Below are positions 1 to 7,626 of a stretch of 64,000 nucleotides of DNA, in pieces. The translations under genes were made by a program, and so were the position numbers. The notes under the pieces were generated by a model that was given only the letters and a program-made list of their open reading frames with translations, was not told the DNA's origin and made no database searches. The stretch is from Patescibacteria group bacterium (GTDB lineage: Bacteria > Patescibacteriota > Saccharimonadia > Saccharimonadales > Saccharimonadaceae): NCBI GenBank assembly GCA_004322265.1, contig SCSZ01000031.1:13148-77147 (forward strand), written 5' to 3'. Every line of letters begins with the position of its first letter. Within the stretch, counting starts at the first letter, position 1.

Positions 1-191
1 AGACACCCTTAAAAGGTAGTCTTCGTGAAGTTCGTGGTCTGATTGTGCGTTGTTTAACGCTCGGTGATATGAATGAGTCCGACCTACGTGCTGCCACCGT
101 AGCGGACGATCGTTTTGATGCTGCACTCACAGGTCTCATACACGACGGCCTGGTGAGTCGCACGGGCCTAGTATTTCATTTGACCAAATAG
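1..191 (+). CDS. 3' end of an upstream gene (last ~62 codons, product unknown)
   Basis: Frame 3 is open from the window edge to TAG at 189-191 (...LRAATVADDRFDAALTGLIHDGLVSRTGLVFHLTK). The other two + frames are closed early. Too short to assign a family. Confidence 0.4.
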   Translation, partial: TPLKGSLREVRGLIVRCLTLGDMNESDLRAATVADDRFDAALTGLIHDGLVSRTGLVFHLTK

Positions 192-215
192 CCGCAGAAA
201 GCGATAATAGGGGAG

Positions 216-764
216 ATGTTAAACTCTCGAAGGCTGATTACATTAGGACTATTCACAGCAGTGCTATCTTCACTTATTCTGCTCACTCATGTGTCAGCTG
301 ATGACTCTACAATGACAGACGCTCAAATTGTCCGCATTAAGGCGAGCTGTATAAATGTGAAAAACTCCCTAGGACAACTACGCGTTAATGATGCGCTGCT
401 TCGTGTCAACCGTGGACAAGTGTATGAATCGATGACCAGCAAGCTTATGACGCCATTTAATAGTCGAGTTGATAGCAACAACTTAAATTCCAAAGACTTA
501 GTATCGATTACTAACAACTATAATACGGCATTTGCAACATTTAGCACTGATTATCAAGCGTACGCTGAACAACTATCAACTGCACTGGACATTAATTGTC
601 AGAATGAACCCGTTGGATTTTATGATGCGGTCGCAAATGCCAGAACAAAACGTAGCCAAGTGCATGCTGATGTCCTCGTTCTACATCAGTACATTGATGA
701 TTATGCGACTACTTTTGGCACATTTGTCAGCGACAACCAACAAACAATTGGGGTAGGCAAGTAA
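216..764 (+). CDS. Secreted hypothetical protein (182 aa)
   Basis: ATG ORF with a signal-peptide-like N-terminus (MLNSRRLITLGLFTAVLSSLILLTHVSADD). Its stop overlaps the next start (TAATG at 762-766). Confidence 0.6.
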   Translation: MLNSRRLITLGLFTAVLSSLILLTHVSADDSTMTDAQIVRIKASCINVKNSLGQLRVNDALLRVNRGQVYESMTSKLMTPFNSRVDSNNLNSKDLVSITNNYNTAFATFSTDYQAYAEQLSTALDINCQNEPVGFYDAVANARTKRSQVHADVLVLHQYIDDYATTFGTFVSDNQQTIGVGK

Positions 765-1129
765 TGGATGCGAATAAAGAAACGACTGCCGAGTTAGGTT
801 TTTGGGACCAGCATCGCTTTCTTATCTTGATTGGTTTGGCGATTACGATCGCTCTTGTACTCGTGAGTATTAGCATGGCGCTGTACTCAAGCAGTGGCGC
901 AATCCAACTTGATCTCAGCCGTCCAGGTTATAAGACGACAAGTCAAACAACTACTGACGAAAGTGGGTTTATTGACTACCCAACATCAGGCAAGCTGGAC
1001 AATAAAGCTATTAGTGATTTCAAAACACTCTATGATGCGCAGGCTGCTAAGGCAAAAGCAGTCGATGCTTTTGGTGGTGATCCGCTAAATCCAGATACGC
1101 TTGATATCAGTGCACCGCAAACTAATTAG
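764..1129 (+). CDS. Membrane-anchored hypothetical protein (121 aa)
   Basis: Translationally coupled to the preceding ORF. One hydrophobic helix (FLILIGLAITIALVLVSISMALY). No recognisable domain. Confidence 0.6.
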   Translation: MDANKETTAELGFWDQHRFLILIGLAITIALVLVSISMALYSSSGAIQLDLSRPGYKTTSQTTTDESGFIDYPTSGKLDNKAISDFKTLYDAQAAKAKAVDAFGGDPLNPDTLDISAPQTN

Positions 1130-2384
1130 AAGATTTGCGTACCTGTTCGCGCAACCAGCCGTCAATTGCACCGGCCCCCATCCCAAGGACAAGTTTACCG
1201 TCATGACGCGCTTGTTGGATCGTATTCCATAGACCATCGTCGAATGCAGCTACGTGTACATGTTCGCGGTTCGTAATGTTTGTGATGAGTTCTTCGGGTT
1301 TTAGGATGGCTAGGCTAGGATCTTCGCGCGACAGGTACGTCGGCAGCCAATAAATATCTTCAGCAAGTTCAAATTGATTTGTGTATTCATCCTTGATCTC
1401 GTGTTGGCGAATATTTTGGTGTGGTTGATAGACGAGTACGACGTGGTCGGATAGCTCACGAGCCAGCTGTAACGTGGCGGCAATTTCCACCGGATGATGG
1501 CCGTAATCACTATATAGATTATCACCGAGTTTCTCAAAACGACGGTCAGTTCCTGGGAAACGAAGTAGTATATCGCCGACATCATCACTTATCCGTAGCT
1601 GACTAAATGCATCCTGTACCAAAATTGCATTACGACGGTTATGCAGGCCAATCATCGCAATGTCAGGCATGCTTTTTGTGGCTTCAAGTAACGTAACGTT
1701 ATTAAGGCCCTCGAACGCTTCAGCATGTTGATCGCTCCAAGCAATAACTGACTTACTCTTAAGAGCGAATTCTTTGAAAGCGTCCAAATAATCTTTAGGC
1801 GTCGGATACGTATCAGGATGATCGTAGTCAAGCGACGGAATAAGCGCCAGGTAGGGTGAAAAGTACAGCATATTGCGATCAAATTCATCGCATTCATAGA
1901 CGAAATATTCACTTTTTGGATCAAACGCACCACTTGGACCAAATGTCAGGGTTGTGCCAATCGAGTAACTGATTGGTATGCCAATTTCTTTCATTGTCCA
2001 GATAACCATCCCGGTTGTCGTCGTTTTACCATGCGTTCCACTAACTGCAATCAGCTTTAGATTCTTTTCTTCGATGAAATGAGCTAAATATTCACCCCTT
2101 TTAGCTGTTGGTATACCTAGTTTTTTTGCGAGGACTAATTCAGGATGGTCCTCCTTAATTGCCGGCGTGTAGACGAACCAGTCAATTGGATGAGATTCGT
2201 GGACCGATCCGAGAAATGATCCATCTTGTGGTCCGATATGTACGTCGATACCATTTTCGGCAAGCTTAGCTGTCATAAGACCCTCTTCAACATCAGAACC
2301 AAACACGCTGTAACCAGCGTCCCGTGCAATCTCAGCGAGCGGCCCCATACCAACGCCACCAAGTCCTGCGAAGAAAATGTTCAT
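1122..2384 (-). CDS. murC: Mur ligase family, UDP-N-acetylmuramate--L-alanine ligase-like (420 aa)
   Basis: N-terminal Rossmann motif MNIFFAGLGGVGMGPLAEIARDAGYSVFGSD, P-loop VSGTHGKTTT and C-terminal DYGHHPVEI. The long ORF (to 2648) has an implausible 88-aa extension, so the start is placed at the ATG at 2384. Confidence 0.8.
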   Translation of the reverse strand: MNIFFAGLGGVGMGPLAEIARDAGYSVFGSDVEEGLMTAKLAENGIDVHIGPQDGSFLGSVHESHPIDWFVYTPAIKEDHPELVLAKKLGIPTAKRGEYLAHFIEEKNLKLIAVSGTHGKTTTTGMVIWTMKEIGIPISYSIGTTLTFGPSGAFDPKSEYFVYECDEFDRNMLYFSPYLALIPSLDYDHPDTYPTPKDYLDAFKEFALKSKSVIAWSDQHAEAFEGLNNVTLLEATKSMPDIAMIGLHNRRNAILVQDAFSQLRISDDVGDILLRFPGTDRRFEKLGDNLYSDYGHHPVEIAATLQLARELSDHVVLVYQPHQNIRQHEIKDEYTNQFELAEDIYWLPTYLSREDPSLAILKPEELITNITNREHVHVAAFDDGLWNTIQQARHDGKLVLGMGAGAIDGWLREQVRKSSN

Positions 2385-2439
2385 ACGACAAGTATACCAT
2401 CCCCCGGTTGGCCTCTGTGCTATACTAATCACATAATTG

Positions 2440-3087
2440 ATGTGGGGTGTTCGGGTGGCAGACAAGGGTCGAGTACGACGGAGTATCAAGCAGTTGCAGC
2501 GTATTAAAACGTGGCAGCTCGTTATTCTATTGATTTTGGCAGGCTTTTTGTCCTTAACTTTTTTGCGTCTCAATAATATCGGTATGGTCGAAAGACGGTC
2601 TGCGGTACAGTCAGCCGATGAGGCAGGGAATAGCGATACAATCATCACTAGATTGTATGATTTACAACGTTATGTATCGGCTCATATGAACACCGATATG
2701 GGCAAGGGTGTCTACCTGGTCGCAAGCTATAAACGCGATGTGCAAATCGCTTACACGAAAGCGTCAAGCGATACAAATCCGAACGGTAATATTTATAAAA
2801 AAGCACAGGATGTATGTGCTCCCAAATTCACTCGATGGTCGGAGGCTTATGTCCAATGTACCACTAGTGAATTAGCTAAATATCCCGCTGCTAGTAACCT
2901 CGTGAACGCTGTTAACTTACCTCATGCTGACAGCTACTTGTACGACTATGTCTCACCCCTCTGGTCGCCTGATTTTGCCGGTTGGTCAGTGCTGGTATGT
3001 ATCGCTCTTATCCTGATGATAATTGCTCGTCTGATCAGCCTAGTTATCCTTCGAATTATTTTGCATCAACAGTATAAATCTATCTAA
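2440..3087 (+). CDS. Hypothetical membrane protein with N- and C-terminal TM helices (215 aa)
   Basis: ATG at 2440 (TTG at 2437 is also possible), downstream of TATACT at 2421-2426. TM segments WQLVILLILAGFLSLTFL and WSVLVCIALILMIIARLISLVIL. Divergent from murC. Confidence 0.55.
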   Translation: MWGVRVADKGRVRRSIKQLQRIKTWQLVILLILAGFLSLTFLRLNNIGMVERRSAVQSADEAGNSDTIITRLYDLQRYVSAHMNTDMGKGVYLVASYKRDVQIAYTKASSDTNPNGNIYKKAQDVCAPKFTRWSEAYVQCTTSELAKYPAASNLVNAVNLPHADSYLYDYVSPLWSPDFAGWSVLVCIALILMIIARLISLVILRIILHQQYKSI

Positions 3088-3090
3088 ATG

Positions 3091-3119
3091 TTGACAGCGC
3101 GCCTCTGAGGCTGTACTCT
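3091..3119 (+). promoter_or_regulatory. Sigma70-type promoter for the 68-aa gene
   Basis: TTGACA (3091-3096), 17-nt spacer, TACTCT (3114-3119). AGGAGG Shine-Dalgarno follows at about 3141. Confidence 0.5.
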
Positions 3120-3155
3120 AACTCTCGTATAGCACTAACAGGAGGAGAATCTTAC

Positions 3156-3362
3156 ATGGCTTACAGTCACAAAAATTCAAAGGGAGTTACTTACTACTTG
3201 CACAGCACCGAAGTTACACTTCGTGGTGGCAAGCCACAAACTATCTACTTTTTCGCAAAGGTAGAGAAGAACGCAAAGGGTCACCCAGTTGACCTGCCAG
3301 CTGATCGTGAAGTCAAAGAAAACCCACGAAACGGTTTCTTGACAGTTTCTAAGAAAAAATAG
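3156..3362 (+). CDS. Small basic hypothetical protein (68 aa)
   Basis: Strong SD (AGGAGGAG) 7 nt upstream of the ATG. Has its own promoter and an intrinsic terminator. Confidence 0.7.
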   Translation: MAYSHKNSKGVTYYLHSTEVTLRGGKPQTIYFFAKVEKNAKGHPVDLPADREVKENPRNGFLTVSKKK

Positions 3363-3426
3363 TCTTTTAAGACTTGCACCATAAGCGCGTTTGGTTGTAT
3401 AGTAATACCCAAACAAACAGGTGCCG

Positions 3427-3464
3427 AAATTGCCCCCTCCCCAGGGGGCAATTTTTGTTGTTTT
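3427..3464 (+). terminator. Rho-independent terminator
   Basis: 12-bp perfect stem AAATTGCCCCCT / AGGGGGCAATTT with a CCCC loop, followed by TTGTTGTTTT. Confidence 0.85.
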
Positions 3465-3470
3465 GATACC

Positions 3471-3491
3471 TTCCAAGGTTGAACCTTGGAA
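3471..3491. repeat. 21-bp palindrome TTCCAAGGTTGAACCTTGGAA (copy 1 of 2)
   Basis: Perfect palindrome. An identical 21-mer recurs at 55920-55940. Confidence 0.85.
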
Positions 3492-3528
3492 AGCAACCCT
3501 GCGATAACGAACATGAACCAATAACACC

Positions 3529-3556
3529 TTGAACCATACGTGAATTCGCGTACAAT
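3529..3556 (+). promoter_or_regulatory. Promoter of the ABC transporter operon (leaderless-type)
   Basis: TTGAAC (3529-3534), 16-nt spacer, TACAAT (3551-3556). An ATG lies 7 nt downstream at 3564. Confidence 0.5.
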
Positions 3557-3563
3557 GGATGTA

Positions 3564-4325
3564 ATGGCATCGATGATTGAAGTAAAGAACCTCAAGAAGC
3601 GTTATGGGGATAAGCAGGCTGTTGACGGCGTTAGCTTCGACGTCAAAAAGGGTGAGATATTCGGTATCCTCGGCCCGAATGGTGCAGGAAAAACGACAAC
3701 ACTTGAAATGATGGAAACGCTTCGTCCGATCGATAGCGGTACGGTGATTATTGACGGTATTAATGTTGCCAAAGACCCTCAGGCGATTAAATATCTGATT
3801 GGCGTCCAGCCGCAATCACCTGCTTTTCAGGACAAGACTAAACTTACCGAGGTAATCGAGATGTTTGCCGCAGCTTACGGTGAAAAAGTTGATCCGCTGC
3901 AGTTCCTGCGTGATGTTGATCTTGAGGAAAAGGCGAATAGCTATGTTGAAAGCCTTTCTGGTGGCCAGAAACAACGTCTAAGTATTACTACTGCACTTGT
4001 ACATGGTCCAAAAGTATTCTTTCTTGACGAGCCTACCACTGGGTTAGATCCTCAAGCTCGTCGCAATCTATGGGAATTGATTGAGAAAGTGCGCGATCGT
4101 GGCATTAGTGTGATTATGACGACTCATTACATGGATGAGGCGGAAGTTCTTTGTGATCGGATTGCTGTGATGGATAATGGCAAGATCGTCGCAATTGACA
4201 CACCCAAAAACCTCATTAAGCAGCTTCTAAAGCGTGGTTTCAAAAAAGAACAACACGTCGAACAGGCCAACCTCGAAGATGTTTTTATCGATCTGACAGG
4301 TAAGGGCCTGAGGGAGGGCGCATAA
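3564..4325 (+). CDS. ABC transporter ATP-binding protein
   Basis: Walker A GPNGAGKTT, signature LSGGQKQRL, Walker B VFFLDEPTTGLD. Start uncertain: GTG 3540, ATG 3555 and ATG 3564 are all in frame. I chose 3564 because of the -10 spacing and the typical MxxxIEVKNLxKxYG N-terminus. Confidence 0.9.
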   Translation: MASMIEVKNLKKRYGDKQAVDGVSFDVKKGEIFGILGPNGAGKTTTLEMMETLRPIDSGTVIIDGINVAKDPQAIKYLIGVQPQSPAFQDKTKLTEVIEMFAAAYGEKVDPLQFLRDVDLEEKANSYVESLSGGQKQRLSITTALVHGPKVFFLDEPTTGLDPQARRNLWELIEKVRDRGISVIMTTHYMDEAEVLCDRIAVMDNGKIVAIDTPKNLIKQLLKRGFKKEQHVEQANLEDVFIDLTGKGLREGA

Positions 4326-5434
4326 TGAAACGATCACTATTTACGGTCCTGACATTTGTACGAATCAATACCAAGCGCTTCTTTCGCGACCGCCTTGCAC
4401 TCTTCTTTACGATTGGCTTCCCGCTCATTTTCCTATTTGTATTCGGCAGTCTCAACAACGGCAGCGGCAACGTATCCTTTAACGTCGCCGTAATCAATAA
4501 CGCCAAGAGTGATTTTTCCAAGACGTTTGCCAAGCAACTAACAGATAGCAAGATCCTCAAGGTTAACAAAGACGTTACAACACTCGATGCGGCCAAGGAA
4601 AAGATGACGCGCTCAGAACTCGATGCGGTGATTGAACTGCCAGCTAACTTCGGGAACGTAACAGCAGGTACAACCTATCCAAGTGGACAGGCCAATGTTA
4701 TCTACACGCAGAATAATGCACAATCAGCATCAGCTCTGACCTCTATACTTGATGCGCAGTTCAAGGCAATTAACGGTAAATTCGTTACTAACGTTACACC
4801 GTTTACTGTAACCAGTCAGCAGCTCAATGAGCGCAGTCTGTCTCCATTCGACTACACATTTGCTGGACTGCTTGGCTTTGCAATTATCGGCATGGGTATC
4901 TTTGGCCCAGTCAATGTTTTTCCAGAGCTTAAGAAGATGGGGATTCTGAGGCGTCTGAGCACAACACCGCTTAAGGTGTGGCAGTATTTCCTCTCTACGA
5001 TGATTGGACAAGCAGTTATTGGCCTTCTTAGCCTTGGTATCATGTTCGTCGTGGCGATTCTTGTCTTCCATCTGCAGGTGGTAGGCAATTGGTTTGAGCT
5101 GGCCCTGTTTATTATCCTAGGCATCGTTACTATTCTTGGTATTGGTCTAGCCCTTGGTGGTTGGGCCAAGAACGAGCGCCAAGCCGCACCTCTCACGAAT
5201 ATTATTGTCTTTCCGATGATGTTTCTCTCGGGTACGTTCTTTCCCCGCTATCTGATGCCCGATTGGCTGCAAAACATCTCGGCTTTCCTGCCTCTAACCC
5301 CTATTATTGATGGTATTCGTCTCATCGCCACCGAAGGCAAACATCTGATTGATTTGCTACCTCAAATTGGCCTTATTGGTGCATGGCTTGTCATAATCTA
5401 CTTTATTGCCTTCCGTGTTTTCCGCTGGGAGTAG
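4325..5434 (+). CDS. ABC-2 type transporter permease (369 aa)
   Basis: TAATG overlap with the ATPase gene. N-terminal TM, a large extracytoplasmic loop, then a C-terminal block of about five TM helices, typical of ABC-2 permeases. Confidence 0.85.
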   Translation: MKRSLFTVLTFVRINTKRFFRDRLALFFTIGFPLIFLFVFGSLNNGSGNVSFNVAVINNAKSDFSKTFAKQLTDSKILKVNKDVTTLDAAKEKMTRSELDAVIELPANFGNVTAGTTYPSGQANVIYTQNNAQSASALTSILDAQFKAINGKFVTNVTPFTVTSQQLNERSLSPFDYTFAGLLGFAIIGMGIFGPVNVFPELKKMGILRRLSTTPLKVWQYFLSTMIGQAVIGLLSLGIMFVVAILVFHLQVVGNWFELALFIILGIVTILGIGLALGGWAKNERQAAPLTNIIVFPMMFLSGTFFPRYLMPDWLQNISAFLPLTPIIDGIRLIATEGKHLIDLLPQIGLIGAWLVIIYFIAFRVFRWE

Positions 5435-5435
5435 A

Positions 5436-5464
5436 TTGACTTTTTATACTGTTTATGGTAAAAT
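5436..5464 (+). promoter_or_regulatory. Promoter upstream of ORFan 1
   Basis: TTGACT (5436-5441), 17-nt spacer, TAAAAT (5459-5464). The spacer TTTTATACTGTTTATGG closely resembles the one at 6531-6547. Confidence 0.55.
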
Positions 5465-5473
5465 CTTTATCTA

Positions 5474-6508
5474 GTGAAAGAACAAGAACCGCCAATTCAC
5501 CATCGTCGAGACCCTAAGCTATCACCAATAGAGATTGGTTATAAGCGTACCCGACCGCCAATAAACCATGGCTGGATTCCAGAATTACAGGCACCAAACA
5601 GTGATTTATTTCCTTGGAAACTAGGTACAGTCAGGGACGGTGAACATCCCGCAGCAGAACCTAACCCAGATTTTCTTGCAACAGTCGATGAAGCCACAAC
5701 GACTCAGGTTTATGGCGACTGGCAACCGGATAAGAATCTTTCCGATGACGGCAGAATGTATCTGGCTACGATCGACTACGTATTCGATAATCTTAGTACG
5801 GAGTTAGTCAACACTGATGGTGAGATTCCAGAGACCCTTTTATTTGCAGGCTATCCACTCAAAGAGTTTCTAACAATGATTGATGATGCGATCAAAGACA
5901 AACGAGAGCATCGCTATATCATGGAGCAATTTGGTCGCGCATTGGATGAGTTTACTCAGACATGGCGCAAAGTAGCAGCAGAAAGACCTGTTTCGACGCA
6001 GGAACAAACGGACACTAGCTCTTATACTCATCCGATCAAACAGTTTCATCAGGATGCCTTATCGGCCGCCTTTGCTGTTCAACTTGCGCGTCATGCACCA
6101 TTAGTCAAAGACGATCCAATACAAGAAGAGCCTGAACCCCACGTCGTAGATAGTATACCTTTGCCGAGTCAGCAACTTATTGAAAGGATTGAAAGTCGAA
6201 ACTTTAGCCCGCCTAAACCTACTATTACGACAGATGCGTCGCAGACTCCTGACAAGGCTGTTGAGCGTCGCGTCCCCACAGATATCATTAAGGAAGATTT
6301 GGTAGCACAAGGGCTCATAGAAAAGGATGATGTATTGAAGCCAATTGTACTCGTTACCATGCGACGGATTCGCGACGCTGCTCTCGATTCATCAAACGAA
6401 GCCAACCTATATCAAATGGTTAACAGTATGAAGCTTGATGTGGGTATTAATGCCAACGATATAAAGATACTAAACCTATTTACGACTCGTTTGATACAAA
6501 AAAAATAA
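5474..6508 (+). CDS. Hypothetical soluble acidic protein (344 aa), ORFan 1
   Basis: Long open frame with a GTG start 9 nt after the -10. No TM helix, signal peptide or recognisable motif. Confidence 0.6.
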   Translation: MKEQEPPIHHRRDPKLSPIEIGYKRTRPPINHGWIPELQAPNSDLFPWKLGTVRDGEHPAAEPNPDFLATVDEATTTQVYGDWQPDKNLSDDGRMYLATIDYVFDNLSTELVNTDGEIPETLLFAGYPLKEFLTMIDDAIKDKREHRYIMEQFGRALDEFTQTWRKVAAERPVSTQEQTDTSSYTHPIKQFHQDALSAAFAVQLARHAPLVKDDPIQEEPEPHVVDSIPLPSQQLIERIESRNFSPPKPTITTDASQTPDKAVERRVPTDIIKEDLVAQGLIEKDDVLKPIVLVTMRRIRDAALDSSNEANLYQMVNSMKLDVGINANDIKILNLFTTRLIQKK

Positions 6509-6524
6509 ATCGACAGGGACCATA

Positions 6525-6553
6525 TTGCTTTTTTATACTACTTATGCTATAAT
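6525..6553 (+). promoter_or_regulatory. Promoter of the ORFan 2-3-4 operon (leaderless-type)
   Basis: TTGCTT (6525-6530), 17-nt spacer, extended -10 TGCTATAAT (6545-6553). The ATG is 8 nt downstream. Confidence 0.6.
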
Positions 6554-6561
6554 AATAGTAT

Positions 6562-6906
6562 ATGGATATTCAACCCGTAGGATTACCAGTTCACGATAGT
6601 ATAGTTGCCGAACGGACAGCTAAATTAACCGTGGAAATGCAACCTACTGAACCAACACTAAGCCCTGAAGCTAAATCAGAGCTTGGACACTCCGCAATGC
6701 GCAGTCTTGAGCCTCGACAAGTACTTTTGACACCTTCTGAGTTCTCTTTTGCAGTTCAACCGTTTATTACGGAAATCAACAATGCCAAATTGGACGGCAA
6801 ACGAACGATTCTAGGCCAGACTTTTATGAACTACGCACAATCTCACTTGACCTACATACCAGCACACGAACAAGTACGATTTCTTAATGCAGTTAGGAAG
6901 CTTTAA
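6562..6906 (+). CDS. Hypothetical protein (114 aa), ORFan 2
   Basis: ATG 8 nt after the TATAAT. Followed after 2 nt by the next ORF. Confidence 0.6.
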   Translation: MDIQPVGLPVHDSIVAERTAKLTVEMQPTEPTLSPEAKSELGHSAMRSLEPRQVLLTPSEFSFAVQPFITEINNAKLDGKRTILGQTFMNYAQSHLTYIPAHEQVRFLNAVRKL

Positions 6907-6908
6907 TC

Positions 6909-7625
6909 GTGGCAAAGTCAGCACGCAGACGAGATTTCGAACAGGAAAATGGAATATCTATCCAAACTCCTGAAGTTGATACTGAACATATTCATACCGA
7001 CGGTTCGTCGTTGTTTGCTTTTGGTGAGCAACCTGACTATGCTCCCGAACCTGACGATTTACCACCGGCCATGCCAGAAATCGTCACAACAGATAGCATT
7101 GATTACCCAAAACATGTCATCGATGCTCTAAAAAAGGTCGTTATAGCACTCAATACAGCCGGCCAAATTGCAGGACTTAAGGAGCACAGAAAAACTCCTA
7201 ACAACCGATTCCAGACTCGTTATGACTCACAGCCAGGCAATAGTCCGGACTCTATGAGCGATTGGATGGATGGTAAAAAAATCGGATTAATGGTCGGTGT
7301 GGGACTAGAAACATATAAAAAACCAGAAGCTGAAAAAACTCCAGATGAAAAGCGCAGAGAAGCCGAAGGTCGCAAAATCCTCGACACATTAAACGATACT
7401 GATACGCGTATCGCATTTGGAGAGCCACAACAAGAAGTCGAAGCATCTCGTGAGCGGTTTGCTGCCCTATTAAAACAGGAGCTACAGCCAGGTGCGCAGC
7501 ACAAAATTGATCTCGGTGATCGAACGGTCTCTAAAAAAGTTGATGCCGAGTATCGAAATAGCTTGCACGAAGATCCTGATGAGGGCATGTTTTTCCTGAG
7601 TAAGCTCCGTCTGAGGAGTCGCTAA
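6909..7625 (+). CDS. Hypothetical acidic protein (238 aa), ORFan 3
   Basis: GTG start with AGGAAG about 8 nt upstream. No TM helix or signal peptide. 1-nt gap to the next ORF. Confidence 0.6.
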   Translation: MAKSARRRDFEQENGISIQTPEVDTEHIHTDGSSLFAFGEQPDYAPEPDDLPPAMPEIVTTDSIDYPKHVIDALKKVVIALNTAGQIAGLKEHRKTPNNRFQTRYDSQPGNSPDSMSDWMDGKKIGLMVGVGLETYKKPEAEKTPDEKRREAEGRKILDTLNDTDTRIAFGEPQQEVEASRERFAALLKQELQPGAQHKIDLGDRTVSKKVDAEYRNSLHEDPDEGMFFLSKLRLRSR

Positions 7626-7626
7626 T

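Noticed and set aside
2385-2648. N-terminal 88-aa extension of the Mur ligase ORF (ORF track 1122-2648)
   Set aside because: The extension is Arg/Cys/Leu-rich junk that overlaps the divergent promoter and the start of the next gene. The conserved Rossmann N-terminus begins exactly at the ATG at 2384.
3471-3491. The 21-bp palindrome as a DNA uptake sequence
   Set aside because: I found only two copies in 64 kb by eye. Known uptake sequences occur roughly once per kb. This cannot be excluded without a genome-wide count, so the repeat is reported without that label.
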